Positions 51,524 to 63,231 of a stretch of 64,000 nucleotides of DNA are shown here, in pieces (within the stretch, counting starts at the first letter, position 1; the number at the start of each line of letters is the position of its first letter). Position numbers and translations under genes: made by a program. This DNA comes from an uncultured delta proteobacterium (lineage in GTDB: Bacteria > Myxococcota_A > Polyangia > Polyangiales > Polyangiaceae): assembly GCA_963716725.1 (NCBI GenBank), contig CAVQUB010000011.1:384001-448000 (forward strand), given 5' to 3'. Below the pieces are notes generated by a model. The model was not told the origin of the DNA. It was given only the letters and a program-made list of their open reading frames with translations, and ran no database searches.

Positions 51524-53570
51524 ATGAGCGACGAAGAGGGAAGGCAGCAGAAGGCGGAGGGAAGCGAGCAGGCGGCGGAGGCAAGCGACTCGGGCGACCA
51601 GTCGGCCTCGGACCTCGATGACGGCCGCGATGACGGCGGCGACCACGGCGCGCGCGTGGGCGGGCTGCCACAGCTCACGGACGAACAGATCCGCACCTGG
51701 ACCCTCGAGCAGAAGGACCGCTGGTGGCTCGAGAACGTCTTCAAGGGCGACATGCCCCAGCTCACCCTCCGCTCGGCGCTCACCGGCATGATGCTCGGCG
51801 GCCTCCTGTCGCTGACCAACCTGTACGTCGGCGCCAAGACCGGCTGGACGCTCGGCGTGGGCATCACCTCGGTGATCCTGGCCTTCGCCATGTTCAAGAT
51901 CCTGTCGCGGCCTCGGGCTCGGCAGCGAGTTCACGCTGCTCGAGAACAACTGCATGCAGTCGATCGCCACCGCGGCCGGCTACATGACGGCGCCGCTGAT
52001 CTCCAGCCTGGCGGCCTACATGATGGTCACCGGCAACGTCATCCCGATGATGACCACCATGATCTGGATCATCGCGCTCGCGGTGCTGGGCGTGCTGTTC
52101 GCCTTTCCGCTCAAGCGGCGCTTCATCAACGACGAGCAGCACCCGTTCCCCGAGGGCCGCGCCGCCGGCGTCGTGATGGACGCGCTGCACACCGGCGACG
52201 CCACAGCGGGCTTGCTCAAGGCCAAGATCCTGGTCGTGACCGGCGGCCTGGCCGCGCTGCTCAAGGTGGCTCAGAGCGAAGCCATCACGAAGAAGCTGCA
52301 AGCTGACCTTCCTGACACGTGCCGGAGTATCTCGACGACTGGGTCTACAAGCTCACGACGCCGAAGATCGGCGGGGTCGATCTGCGGCAGCTGACCGTCC
52401 GCCCCGACACCGACTTCGTGATGATGGCCGCCGGCGGCCTGATGGGCATCCGCACCGGCGTCTCGCTGATGATCGGCGCCGTGCATCAACTACTGCGTCC
52501 TCGCGCCCTGGGCCATCGGCAACGGGGACATCCACGGCAAGGTGAGCGACGGGGTCACCACCTACGGCTTCCGGGCCATCACCATGTGGGCGCTGTGGGG
52601 CGGCGTGGCCATGATGACGACGGCGTCGCTGTTCGCGTTCTTCTCGAAGCCGCAGATCCTGATCAGCGCCTTCAAGGGTCTGTTCGGCAAGAAGGATCCG
52701 AGCAAGCAGAGCGACGTGCTCAAGGACATCGAGCTGCCGATGAGCGTCTTCGTGATCGGCATCCCGGTCGTGGGCGGCATCGTCGTGTGCGCTGGCCGCA
52801 CCACTTCTTCGACGTGACAGTCTGGATGGGCATCATCGCGATCCCGCTGATCTTCGTCTTCACGCTGATCGCGGTGAACTCGACGGCGCTCACCTCGATC
52901 ACGCCCGACCGGCGCGCTGGGCAAGCTCACGCAGCTCACCTACGGCGTGCTCGCGCCGGGCAACATCACCACCAACCTGATGACCGCGGGCATCACCGCC
53001 GAGGTCGCCAGCAACGCCTCGAACCTGCTGATGGACATCAAGCCGGGCTACATGCTCGGCGGCAAGCCGCGGCACCAGGCCATCGGCCACGTGCTGGGCA
53101 TCTTCGCCGGCGCGCTGGTGTCGGTGCCGGTCTTCTACCTGGTGTTCCTGCGGAACGGACCGGCCAACCTCATCACGGACCAGTACCCGATGCCCGGCGC
53201 GACCATCTGGAAGGCCGTCGCCGAGGTGCTGACCCGGGGCCTGTCGAACCTCGAGGTCAGCGCGCGCTGGACAGCGCTGATCGGCGCCCTCGTCGGCATC
53301 GTGCTCGAGATCGGCAGGGTCGCAACCAAGGGCCGGTTCTGGCTCTCCGGCGTCGGCATCGGCCTGGCGTTCGTGATCCCGTTCAACACCTGCCTCGCCA
53401 TGTTCCTCGGCTCGTTCTTGTTCTGGCTCGCCGAGCGCGTGCTCGAGAAGGAGGAGAGCACCGCGCACCAGGTGTTCGTGAAGAACATGGAGCCCATCTG
53501 CGCCGGGCTCATCGCCGGTGGCGCGCTGATGGGCATCGGCGTCATCCTGCTCGAGAACTTCGTGCTCTGA
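51524..53570 (+). CDS. OPT family oligopeptide transporter; several indels
   Basis: QLTLRSALTG, NLYVGAKTG, ENNCMQSIATA, FPEGRAAG, LLMDIKPGYMLG across ORFs 51506, 51954, 52319, 52542, 52947. Confidence 0.88.
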
Positions 53571-53609
53571 CCCGACCCTGCCCGGCTCGCCCGCAGCCGC
53601 GGGCGGCGT

Positions 53610-54734
53610 TCAACCGAAGCAAGCGCCGTTGTTGCACGTCTGCGCGGGGCCGCAGCTCCGGCCGCAGCCCCCGCAGTTGTCCTCGTCAGTGAGCGGGTTC
53701 TTGCAGCCCGTGCCGCAGCAGATCGAACCGGTGGGGCAGGCGGCGCCACCGTTGCAGCTGCAGATGGCTTTTGGCCCCTCCTTGGTACACACCTCGCCCT
53801 GCCCACAGATACTGCCCTCGCAGACGCAGAGATGAAGGACAGAATTGCAGCTGACCCCCGACAGGCCGTTCGAGGCCTCGCACTGGGAGGCGGTGCTGCC
53901 AGCCGCACTTGCCCTCCGCGCAGCTGAATTTCGACAGGGTACCGCCCTGAAGACTGCACGAGTTGCCGCACACACCGCAGTGGCCGGTCGTGTTGCCCAG
54001 CGCCGTCTCGCAGCCGTCGTCGGGCAACGGCTTGGAGGTCTCGTTGCAGTTCCCGTAGCCATCGGTGCAGAGCGGCGAGCAGCTTCCGGTCGTGCAGGTG
54101 GTCGCCGCTGCGTGGTTGTTCGAGCAGCTGCGGTTGCACTTTCCGCAGTGCGCAGTCGGTCCGCTGGCGTTCAACGGGGTCTCGCAGCCGTTGGAGTTGT
54201 TGGCGTCGCAGTTGCCCCAGGTAGACGAGGTGCAGCTGATGCTGCAAAGCCCAGATAGGCAGGACGGGGTCGCGTTGGGCTGGCCGCTCGGGCAAGGACT
54301 GCACGAGGTCGAGCTGCACCCGTACGTCGCGCTCAATTTCGAGACGCAGGCTCCGCTGCACAGCTTCTGCGTGCTCAGGCAGCCGCCGGTGCCGCCGGTG
54401 CCACCACCGCCGGTGCCACCACCGCCGGTGCCGCCGAGTCCGCCGCCGCTCCCTCCACTCCCGCCGTCACCCGCGAGCCCACCGCTGCCGGAGGCGCCGC
54501 CGGCGCGGAGACTCCGCCAGAACCCCCGTCTTTGCCCGCGACGCCGCCGGAGGACAGTCCACCCGCCACGCAGGTCTTGGTGGGCGGGTCGCACACGTAG
54601 CCCTCCGCGCATGGGCATTTCTTGCCTTCGAGGCTCACCGCATCAACGGTGCAGGCCGCGGCCGCGACCCACGCGGTACCGACCCCGAGCACCAAAGCGA
54701 GCCATCCGTGCAAGTGAACCTCCGACAAAGCCAA
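53610..54734 (-). CDS. Cys-rich secreted/lipoprotein with Gly linker; indels near 54500 and 53900
   Basis: AAAC signal; repeated NCD...GCET...HCGxCxxxC and DEDNCGGCGRSC units over three frames. Confidence 0.72.
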
Positions 54735-54817
54735 CCACCACGATAGCCGCTTGAGCGCCTGAGCTCAATCCCACGGCTGGTCGCCCAGGGCCTACTGAGC
54801 TAGAAGAGTGGCTCCTT

Positions 54818-54893
<76 letters not shown>

Positions 54894-55761
54894 ACCTACG
54901 ACGTGTGTACGAACTTTCGTCGCAGTGGTTGAGACCGCCGGACCGCTGCGGGATTCGGCCATCAGGGCGGCGGCGGCCGAGGCCTTTCCGGGCACGCGGA
55001 CCTCTCGACGACGCAGCGATACGCACACGCGGCCTCGGGGGATCTGCAGGCGGCCATCGCATGCTGGGTCGGAGCGGTGAGGCGCGGCCACCCGCGGAGC
55101 CCGGCGGCGCACGATGCGGTACGGTTGGCAGAGCTGCACGTCCTCCGTATCGAGCGCTGCGGCGGCGACCATCGCCCCCGGCACCACCACGTCATGCGGT
55201 TCGACAGCTTCCCTTCGAGGAGAGGCCGCATGGGTGGCGGCCCGTCGGCAGAGCGTGGTGAGCGCACTCATGTCACCTGAATCGAAGACCCGCAGCGAGT
55301 CCTCGATGGAGCAGGCATAGTAGCGAAAACCTTCGGTGACCTTTTCGCACTGAAACAGACGCTTGGCGCACTGAAACGATCCCACGCTGAATTAGGATCT
55401 TTGCGACACACCAGTCCCTGGCGCGGGCCTTGCGACCACGGGCCCCGCCGTGCCCACGCCCGAGATCCCGCTAGGCCGTGCTGGCATTGTAATTCGTGAC
55501 CGAAACGATCGTGGTTCTCGGGGCTCGAAACGACCACCGCAGTCGCAGCGCTGGTCGGCACTACGATGGCGGTTGCCGTTTGTCGCGAGTCGCTGTTGCG
55601 GGAGGTCAACCTCCTTGCGCCAGTGCGGCTAAACTAGGACGCGGTTGACCTGCTTCAGGTCGACCGTCGCGCACGGTCTCGAGCAGCGCGCCCAGGTGTT
55701 GCCTGTGGAGTGACCGATCAGCGACGCCGGGATGCGCGGCGCAATGAATCGTGCATGGGGC

Positions 55762-56045
55762 TCAGGCGAGGTTTTTTTTGAAGGCGGCCGGGGTCAGGGC
55801 ATCGAGGGGCAGCGCGAAGACGTCGCGGTGGGTACCGAGGCGCTCGAAGGCCCAGGAGAGATAGGCTTGTGCGGGGACGCGCTGTGCGCGACAGGTGGCG
55901 ATGATGCCGATGAGCACGCAGGCGCGGTGGGCGCCTGCGGCGCTGCCGGCGAAGAGCATGTTGAGGCGCAGCTTGGCGACGTTCTGGAACTCGCGCAAGG
56001 TGGGAGAGTTGTCGATGGGGACCAGCGGGTCGTCGACAAAAGCGC
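55762..56045 (-). pseudogene. IS66-family transposase C-terminal fragment
   Basis: FVDDPLVPIDNSPTLREFQNVAKLRLNMLFAGS...IIATCRAQRVPAQAYLSW resembles the IS66 TnpC C-terminus. Confidence 0.8.
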
Positions 56046-56048
56046 GTG

Positions 56049-56570
56049 CTCGGCATCCGGGCTTCGAGCACCACCGAGCTCGTGCTCGAAGACTGCGAAG
56101 TCGCAGCCGAGAACGTCTTGGGCGACGTCGGCGTTGGCTACAAGATCGCCGTCGAGACGCTCTTCGAGGGGCGCATCGGCATCGGCGCGCAGATGTTGGG
56201 GCTCTCCGAGGGCGCTCTCGACTACGCGATGAAGCACCTCGTCGAGCGCAAGCAGTTCGGCAAGTCCGTCGCGGAGTTTCAGGGCATGGAGTTCCAGTAC
56301 GCGCAGATGGCGACGGAGATCGAGGCCGCCAAGCTCATGGTCTACAACGCCGCGCGCCCGAAGGACGCCGGTCAGCCCTTCGTCAAGGAGGCGGCCATGG
56401 CCAAGCTCCTGGCGTCACAGGTCGCGGAGCGCAGCGCGAGCCTCGCCGTCGAGCCAATGGGCGGCGTCGGGTTCACCAAGGAGTACCCGGTCGAAAAGCT
56501 GTTCCGCGACTCGAAGATCGGCAAGATCTACGAGGGCACGAGCAACATGCAGCTCGCGACGCCGAGATCG
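56049..56570 (+). pseudogene. Acyl-CoA dehydrogenase C-terminal fragment
   Basis: LGIRASSTTEL, GRIGIGAQ, ERKQFGK, MGGVGFTKEYPVEKLFRDSKIGKIYEGTSN; N-terminal half absent. Confidence 0.88.
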
Positions 56571-56890
56571 TGCGCTCGGCCTACGCCAGCGGGTGAGCGG
56601 TCCTCAGAGCGCAGTCTCGGAACGAGGTGTCATGCCCCACGCGCGACACGCTCTGCGACTGTCCCGAGAAGTCCCTGGCGAGTGACACCCGATGGTCTTC
56701 TCGAGCGACATGGGCACTGCTCTGCCCGCTGCCGATCGAGGACTGGGATGTGTTGAACGCGGCGTTGAAGTCGCAAGCGAAGCGGCTATCAACGCAAAAC
56801 GACGCGGCGCCCCCACCAGATTCGGCCTGGGTAACTGAGGCTTCTGCGACAGCGGTTCCCGGCCGATTTCGGTCGGGCCTCGGAACGCCT

Positions 56891-58225
56891 ATGTTCAGCC
56901 TCGTGAACACGTCGATTCCAGAGGACTGGAGAGGACCGTCGGTCAAGCCGTCGCTGTCCGGCCTGCGGCAGTTTCGTGACAGACCGCATGAGTTTCTCCT
57001 GGAGCTTGTTCGTGAGCATGGAGATGTCGTCTGGTTTGGCGTGGGACGATGGCAGTTTGTCATCGGTGTTCAGCCGACCCATGTGCAGCACGTCCTGGTC
57101 GAAGGCCACCGGATCTACGACAAGACGACGTTTCAGTATCGATTGCTGAGCGAGGTGACCGGTGACGGACTGCTTACTTCCGGAGGCACCTTGTGGCGCG
57201 AAAGGCGACGCATTCAGCAGCCAGCATTCCACCATTCGCGGCTGGCCCTGGTAGCACACGCAACATCCCGGGCGACAGAACGGATGTGGCAGCGTTGGAC
57301 CGCAGCCAACGCACGACAGGTCGACGTCGCCTCGGAGATGATGCGGCTCAGCCTCGACGTCGTATTGGATGTTCTGTTTGGCATGGCTCCCGACGATCGT
57401 TCACCCGCACTCGTGGAGGCAACCGTCGGTGTCCTCGACCATCTCATTCACCGGTCGCGCTCCATCCCCGGAGTACCTTCGTGGGCCTCACCCTGGAGAC
57501 ACCGTCGATTTCTCCGTTCACTGAACCTCCTCGATCAGGCGATTTTGGACATCATCGACGCACGCCGACGAGCAGCGCCAACCGGTGATGAAGCCAACCT
57601 GCTCGACCTCTTGATCGCAGCTGAGCAGGAGCAGCGGATATCCCCCGCCGGCGTGCGGAACGAGATGCTCACGATGATCATTGCCGGACATGAGACCGTT
57701 GCGAGCGCACTGACCTGGTGCTGGTCGTTGCTCGCCAACCGACCCGACCTCGAAGACCGGCTCGCGCATGAGGCCGACCGCAGCCAGATCGATCCCGGCA
57801 AGGCAGCGGCGTCTCTGCGAACTGCAAGGAACACCGTGTCGGAAGCCCTGCGCCTGTACCCACCGGCCTGGCTGGTGTCCAGGAGCTCAACGGCCGGTCG
57901 GGGATCCAGCAAGTGGTTACCGAAAGGCACGCTCGTTCTGCTGAGTCCGTATGTCACCCAGCGTCACGCGGCGTATTGGTCCGATCCGGAGAGCTTTGAG
58001 CCTGACCGATTCGACCAGGGCATCACCAAGGGAAGCTATTTCCCCTTCGGAACCGGTCCGAGACAGTGCATTGGAAGAGACTTCGCGCTCGTCGAGGCCG
58101 TGATCGTTCTGTCGGAGGTCTCCAAGCGCTGCAGACTGAAGCCGGTCATGCCCGCGCGGCGTGAGTATGCCGGGGTAACGCTTCAACCCGAGGGTGGCCT
58201 GAAGGTGGCGGTAGTTCCTCGTTAG
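56891..58225 (+). CDS. Cytochrome P450 (start approximate)
   Basis: AGHETVA, EALRLYPPAW, FEPDRF, FPFGTGPRQCIG. Confidence 0.93.
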   Translation: MFSLVNTSIPEDWRGPSVKPSLSGLRQFRDRPHEFLLELVREHGDVVWFGVGRWQFVIGVQPTHVQHVLVEGHRIYDKTTFQYRLLSEVTGDGLLTSGGTLWRERRRIQQPAFHHSRLALVAHATSRATERMWQRWTAANARQVDVASEMMRLSLDVVLDVLFGMAPDDRSPALVEATVGVLDHLIHRSRSIPGVPSWASPWRHRRFLRSLNLLDQAILDIIDARRRAAPTGDEANLLDLLIAAEQEQRISPAGVRNEMLTMIIAGHETVASALTWCWSLLANRPDLEDRLAHEADRSQIDPGKAAASLRTARNTVSEALRLYPPAWLVSRSSTAGRGSSKWLPKGTLVLLSPYVTQRHAAYWSDPESFEPDRFDQGITKGSYFPFGTGPRQCIGRDFALVEAVIVLSEVSKRCRLKPVMPARREYAGVTLQPEGGLKVAVVPR

Positions 58226-58269
58226 ATTGCCGCGACATTCCCGGACCCCTCTCGCCGTGTGGTCCAGAT

Positions 58270-58642
58270 GCAGCGAGCAAAGCTCGAGCACGTTGACCAG
58301 GCCCGTGCCGCCGGGCGCGCCCACCGCCATGCCCGCGCCGTTGAACTGAGTCGAACTCTCTTGTGCGGAGTTGGTGTTGAACACCATGAGCGCGTAGGCG
58401 TCTCCCGCATCGCCGCCAGCGCGCTTGAAAGCGAAGATGCCCGCGTCGCTCTCCTTGCACGTGCGATCGCTGGCCCAGGTGACCTTCAGATCTCCGTGGG
58501 TCAGGGCCTTGTACGAGCGGCGAATGCGCGCGAGGCGGCGCACCCACTGGTAGTCCGGGCTAGCTTGGTTGTAGCCGCTCCACCACAGATCTTCGCGGTT
58601 CGCCGGATCATTGCCGCCGGCAAAGCCCTGCTCGGTACCGTA
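58270..58642 (-). pseudogene. Alpha-amylase family (GH13) C-terminal fragment
   Basis: YGTEQGFAGGNDPANREDLW, LARIRRSYKALTHG, IFAFKR, LMVFN. Confidence 0.75.
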
Positions 58643-58739
58643 TTTCGACTTCGCGCCGCGCACTCACGTCTGTCGGCGCGGCGCACAAGCGCACGAAAGG
58701 ATCGGGAAAAGCCGCTTTGCGCCAGGCGAGGGTTGGCAT

Positions 58740-58990
58740 GCTTGCCTGAGCGTCGCATGCCGCGAAGACATAGCGGAGTCCGCTACCTGCAGGATCAGCC
58801 CGCCACCCTCCCGTCGAGTGCCACCCGGATCTCCGCGCCCAATCTGCACGCGGTCCACCGCCTGCAAGGCATGCCGCGCCCCACCCCGGTGCGGATGCCC
58901 ACTCTCGCAAATCAGGAACAGGTGTTGCTGAACCACGCTTCCCCCTTCGCCTGAGCGAGGGAGCGTCTGCGTGGCGTCGTCCTTCGACAC
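58740..58990 (-). pseudogene. FHA-domain N-terminal fragment
   Basis: RHALQAVDRVQIGRG...VADSAMSSRHATL, then truncated. Confidence 0.6.
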
Positions 58991-59382
58991 CGATACACCC
59001 TCACACCCGGGCAAGCGGTTCAGGGGGCGACCACCCCACTGGCGCACGCGATCGATCTCGTCGAGCAGAACCGGATCGAGCAGCTGCGCTTCGAGTTCCG
59101 TTTGAGCTCGTACGCGAGCGCACCACGAGCACCGGCCCCATCACGCCGCCTCCCGCGGCGTGATGCTCCACGGAGGAATGGAGGACACGACCAACCACCG
59201 CGCGGGCGCGTTCCCCGCCGCGTCCGCCGATCGAGCGGGGCCTTGGCCACCCGGGTTGGTGGAGGGGCCTCCTCGCCGAGAAAGAGGCCAAACACCGGTT
59301 CCGGAGACCGCGGTCCCGGGGCGCGCGAAGGGCTGCAACTGCGGCCTTTCGGCGTGGCACGGTGGCGGGTTCCGAGGGCGAC

Positions 59383-60187
59383 ATGAGCGACGACAAGACC
59401 ATCAAACCCATCAAGCAGGCCGAGCCAACGCCGGCACCCGCCCCAGTCGTGACCAAGGCGGCTGTTCCCTCCGCCTCAGCGTTCGTAGCCAGCGCGGTGA
59501 GTTCGAGCGCCGTCAAAGCGAAATCGACATCCGCAATCGCTGGCCCCGCTCAGTCGGCCGCGCAACCCGTCGCAGCGCACTCCGCCGTCGCTGCGAAGGC
59601 GTCGCCGGCGGCAGCACTCACCGACGCAGTCGACCTGACCGGCTGTGATTTCGAGCGGCGCCCAGTTGGCGCGTGCGGTGTTGTCTCGCGCCAAGCTGAG
59701 CCGTGCATCGCTCCGCGGGACACGCCTCTCCAACTCGGTCTTGACCGACGCGGATCTGTCTGGCGTCAACGCGCAGCAGGTCGAGCTGCGCGAGGCGAGG
59801 CTGGAACGTGCGAACCTCGAGCAGGCCAACCTCCGCTATGCGGATCTCGTCGGCTCGAACCTCGCGGGGGCACGCTTGGCCGGTGCGGATTTGTGGCGTG
59901 CGAACTTGACCGGAACGAACCTCAGGGACGCCGACGGACTCGCAAAAGCCAAATTGGACGGCGCCGACCTACAAGAGCTCGACCTCTCGGGCGCCGAGTT
60001 GAAGGGTGCGTCGTTGCGGATGTCCAATCTGCGGGCGGCGAACCTCTCCGGTGCGAATTTGGCCGGTGCGAACTTGGAGGCCGTGGACGCGAAAGACTGC
60101 AGGTTTACCGCGGCCACGCTCTCGGGCTGCAGGCGGCGGGACAGGCGGCGGCGCGAACTGCCCCGCGTCTCAGACATTCGTCGATGA
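59383..60187 (+). pseudogene. Pentapeptide-repeat protein, frameshifted or truncated
   Basis: A(D/N)LxxA repeats (ADLSG, ANLEQ, ANLRY, ADLWR, ANLTG) in ORF 59645..60187; N-terminus in another frame. Confidence 0.75.
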
Positions 60188-60992
60188 AACGCTGATCGCT
60201 CGCGCGGCGGTGGCGCTCAACTCGTGCCTGTCGGACGATGGATTCTGGCGGACGCAGAGCTACCTGCGAGGCACGCTCGGCGGCTATCAGTACTTGGCCA
60301 CGAACTTCGTCGAGTGCCTCGCCAGCGTCACCATTGGCTGCGCCGGTGTCCTTGACTGCTATGGGCTAGCGCCGAAGACCAGCGCGGACACGTGCGGAAC
60401 CTGCAAGGGCAATGTCGCCGTGACCTGTCACGCGGATGGAGACTTCCTTTGGGATTGCGCCAAGGCGGGCGGCACATGCCAGGCGGGGGAATGCGACGTC
60501 GCCGGCCACCCGCCGTGCGACGTCGTGGGCTTCCAAGAGAGCTGCGACCCGGCAGGTCGCCCTGTTCACTGCGACGACCACGTCTTTAGAGGACCAGCGT
60601 GCGCCGAGTTCGGCCTCCAATGCGTCTCGGACGCTTCGCTGGGGCAGACCGGGTGTGAAGGCACTGGAGCTGCGTGCGTGTCGGACAACACCTACTTCGA
60701 CATCGCCTACGCCGGTGTGGCTTGTAACGGCAATTTGCTGGATGCTTGCGTGCTCGGCAAACGCGCCCTGCTCGACTGTTCCTGCTTCGGACAGGGATTC
60801 TCATGCCAGACCGCGTTGGGCACGTCGTTCTGCGGCGTGGCGAGCGAGTGCGACCCGATGAACCATCTGAAGTCGTGCGATGGCGACTCGGTCGTGTTCT
60901 GCAACGCGGGCAAGCTCGTGCACGTCGCGTGCGCGGCCCTCGGGTTCACCAAGGGTTGCGCCAGCTCGACGAAGATGGGGGGTGCGCCCTGA
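60140..60992 (+). pseudogene. Cys-rich secreted protein, 5' end missing or frameshifted
   Basis: Repeated CxGNxxxxC units; no signal peptide or start in frame. Confidence 0.6.
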
Positions 60993-61488
60993 CCCCTGCG
61001 CCGGCCTGAAGACGAGCTGAAGACCGACTCCGCGACGCGCTGCGCGATACTCGAAGGAGTGCAGCGGCGGCGACGGCCCTGGGGAGTCCCTGAAGAGGGC
61101 AACCGATCGGAATCGATCAGAATCTACCCAGTGCCATTTCGCAGGACCATGCCGCCACCTGGAAGCTGGTTTTCGCACAGCTACGGCGCGGAACATCCTG
61201 TAGCCATCACGATGCAATTGCACGAGGCGAAAACACTCGCTCTTTTCCGTACGGACCCGAAACCCGGACCTGTTCCCGGAGCTCGGCATCCCGCGATCGA
61301 CAGCGCTGAGTTGGATCCGACGAGGCATGGGGAGCGTTGTCTCTCTGGACGCAGATCCTGACGAGGACGGCGGGCTTCGGCTCTCGGCAGCTCGCTATCA
61401 CGTTTGGTGTCGAGCAGAGGAAACCTGCACTCTCGATCACCGCCCAAGCTGTCCGCGCACCATGCCCCAGCGACTGACCTGCCCGGAG

Positions 61489-61540
61489 GTCGAGGCCGCT
61501 CGGAAACTGATCCAGTTGGCCGCTCGGAAACTGATCCACT
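61489..61540 (+). mobile_element. IS21-like terminal remnant
   Basis: Two perfect 21-bp direct repeats GGCCGCTCGGAAACTGATCCA (61494-61514, 61518-61538), 24-bp period. Confidence 0.55.
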
Positions 61541-61728
61541 CGGCAAGTTGATTTCTACTGCTTTCGACCTAGCTTGGACAAGGCCGTAACTTGAGAGGCA
61601 TGCCCGAGTGTATCAGCCTTTGGTCCAGGCAGCCCGCAGCGCATCCTTTGAGAGATTCGATCCGCCCGCAGATCTCCCCTGTCGGACGCGCTGCGCGATG
61701 CCCGAAGGGGCGGGACTCGCCAGGCGAC

Positions 61729-62249
61729 TCAGCGGTACTCCGCCGCGATCTTCAGCCGAGCACGCCGGTGCCGGCGGTGCTTCGGCAGGAAGCTGGCGAA
61801 CTGGGCCTCGCTGCGATGGCGGCCCGGCTCTTCACCGCCCCCTCGTCCAGCTCACGCTGCCACGCCTCGGCCTGGGCCAGCAGCTCCGTGATCGGCGGCG
61901 GGTCGGTGGGCGCGGGCTTGGCCTTCGCCAGCTTCCTGGTCCCCTGAACAGCAAACCGGCTGCGGAAGCTCGTACCTGTGTCGGGGTTGGGGCGCTGAGC
62001 CGACGACTTGTGTTCGCACGTCGCCATCGCGAGCCCCCCCGGCGTCACTCGTCACTCGTCACTCGTCACTCGTCGTCTGGGCCGTCGTCGTCGTCGAAGG
62101 CGGCCTGCTTCTGCTTCATCGGTGCGATCTGACCGCTCTTCCGGGCGGCCGTCAGCTCCGCTCTGGTCACCTTGCCGTCCTGGTGTGCTGAGCCAGGTCG
62201 CTGCTGACACTCCCCAGCAAGAGTCAGCGGTACTCCGCCGCGATCTTCA
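61729..62249. repeat. 26-bp direct repeat pair duplicating a gene 3' end
   Basis: TCAGCGGTACTCCGCCGCGATCTTCA at 61729-61754 and 62224-62249. Confidence 0.9.
62043..62074. repeat. 7-bp tandem repeat (CGTCACT)4.5
   Basis: Directly visible. Confidence 0.9.
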
Positions 62250-63183
62250 TCTCGAGCAGGCCCTTGCCCGCGACCTTGCGCTTGGGTTTGTCGCCCGGCG
62301 CCGAAACGGTGACCTGACCGCGGAGCACGAGCTCGAGGGGCCATCCACTGTCGAGCAGCAAGAGCACCGCTCCCTTCGCTTGGATGGTAGTCGTGGCCCC
62401 CTGGCGGCTGTCCGTGATGGTCATCGTGAACTCGAACTTGCCGACCTTCTTGCCAGCGCGTTCTTCGGCGCCGACAAAGGTGAACTCAACGTCGCCGTAG
62501 CTCTTGTCGCCGGCGCCGTCGCCAGCACCGAACATCTCGGCCAGCACCTCCTTGGGCGGTGTGAACTTTTCGCCCGGTGCCAGCGGATGCTTGGGCACGA
62601 AGCTGGCGAACTGGGGCGGCTTGCCGAACTCCTTGTTGTCCTCGAGCAGAGCCTCGCGCTCGACGTCGCTGACGGCCTTGCTGTCGGCCGCGGTGATCAG
62701 CACCTTGCCCTGCTCGAGGGAGATCACGTAGCTCTTGCCCGTGAGCGGGCTGGGGATGCGCTGCTCGCGGTCGCCCTTCTTGACGATCTGGTTCAGCTCT
62801 TCGTAGCGGACCTTCTTCTTGGTGATGGCGCGACCGTCGTTGGCCATCACCGTCGTGTGCCGTAGCTTGCTCTTACCCTCGCCGCTCTTCTCGGTGGCGA
62901 TGACCTTCGCGCCCTCGGTCATGGTAATTTCTAGACCGAGCACGAAGCTCTCGCGATCGACGCGCTCACTGCCGGGTTTGGGCAGGACGAAGGTGAAGCG
63001 GGTCTTGCCGTCGGTCGTGGGCTCCGGCGAGTCAGCGGCGGCCGGCGCCGCGGAAACGGTCGCCGGGGTGGACCCGGGCTCTTGGCCAGCGGCGGGGCTC
63101 GAAGGCGGAGCCTGGCCGGCACAGGCGAAGGACATCGATAGCACCGAGAATGTAGCGAGAAGAGCGCTGCGCATGCGGGCCAC
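62224..63183 (-). CDS. Hypothetical lipoprotein
   Basis: SFAC lipobox, Pro/Ala linker, beta-rich body, host codon usage. Confidence 0.75.
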   Translation of the reverse strand: MARMRSALLATFSVLSMSFACAGQAPPSSPAAGQEPGSTPATVSAAPAAADSPEPTTDGKTRFTFVLPKPGSERVDRESFVLGLEITMTEGAKVIATEKSGEGKSKLRHTTVMANDGRAITKKKVRYEELNQIVKKGDREQRIPSPLTGKSYVISLEQGKVLITAADSKAVSDVEREALLEDNKEFGKPPQFASFVPKHPLAPGEKFTPPKEVLAEMFGAGDGAGDKSYGDVEFTFVGAEERAGKKVGKFEFTMTITDSRQGATTTIQAKGAVLLLLDSGWPLELVLRGQVTVSAPGDKPKRKVAGKGLLEMKIAAEYR

Positions 63184-63231
63184 GCTAACTCCCCGAGCAC
63201 ACGGTCGCCACCCTGACGTTATCCTGCGCGC

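Noticed and set aside
61494..61538. CRISPR array
   Set aside because: Only two repeats with a 3-bp gap and no cas genes; fits an IS21-type end better
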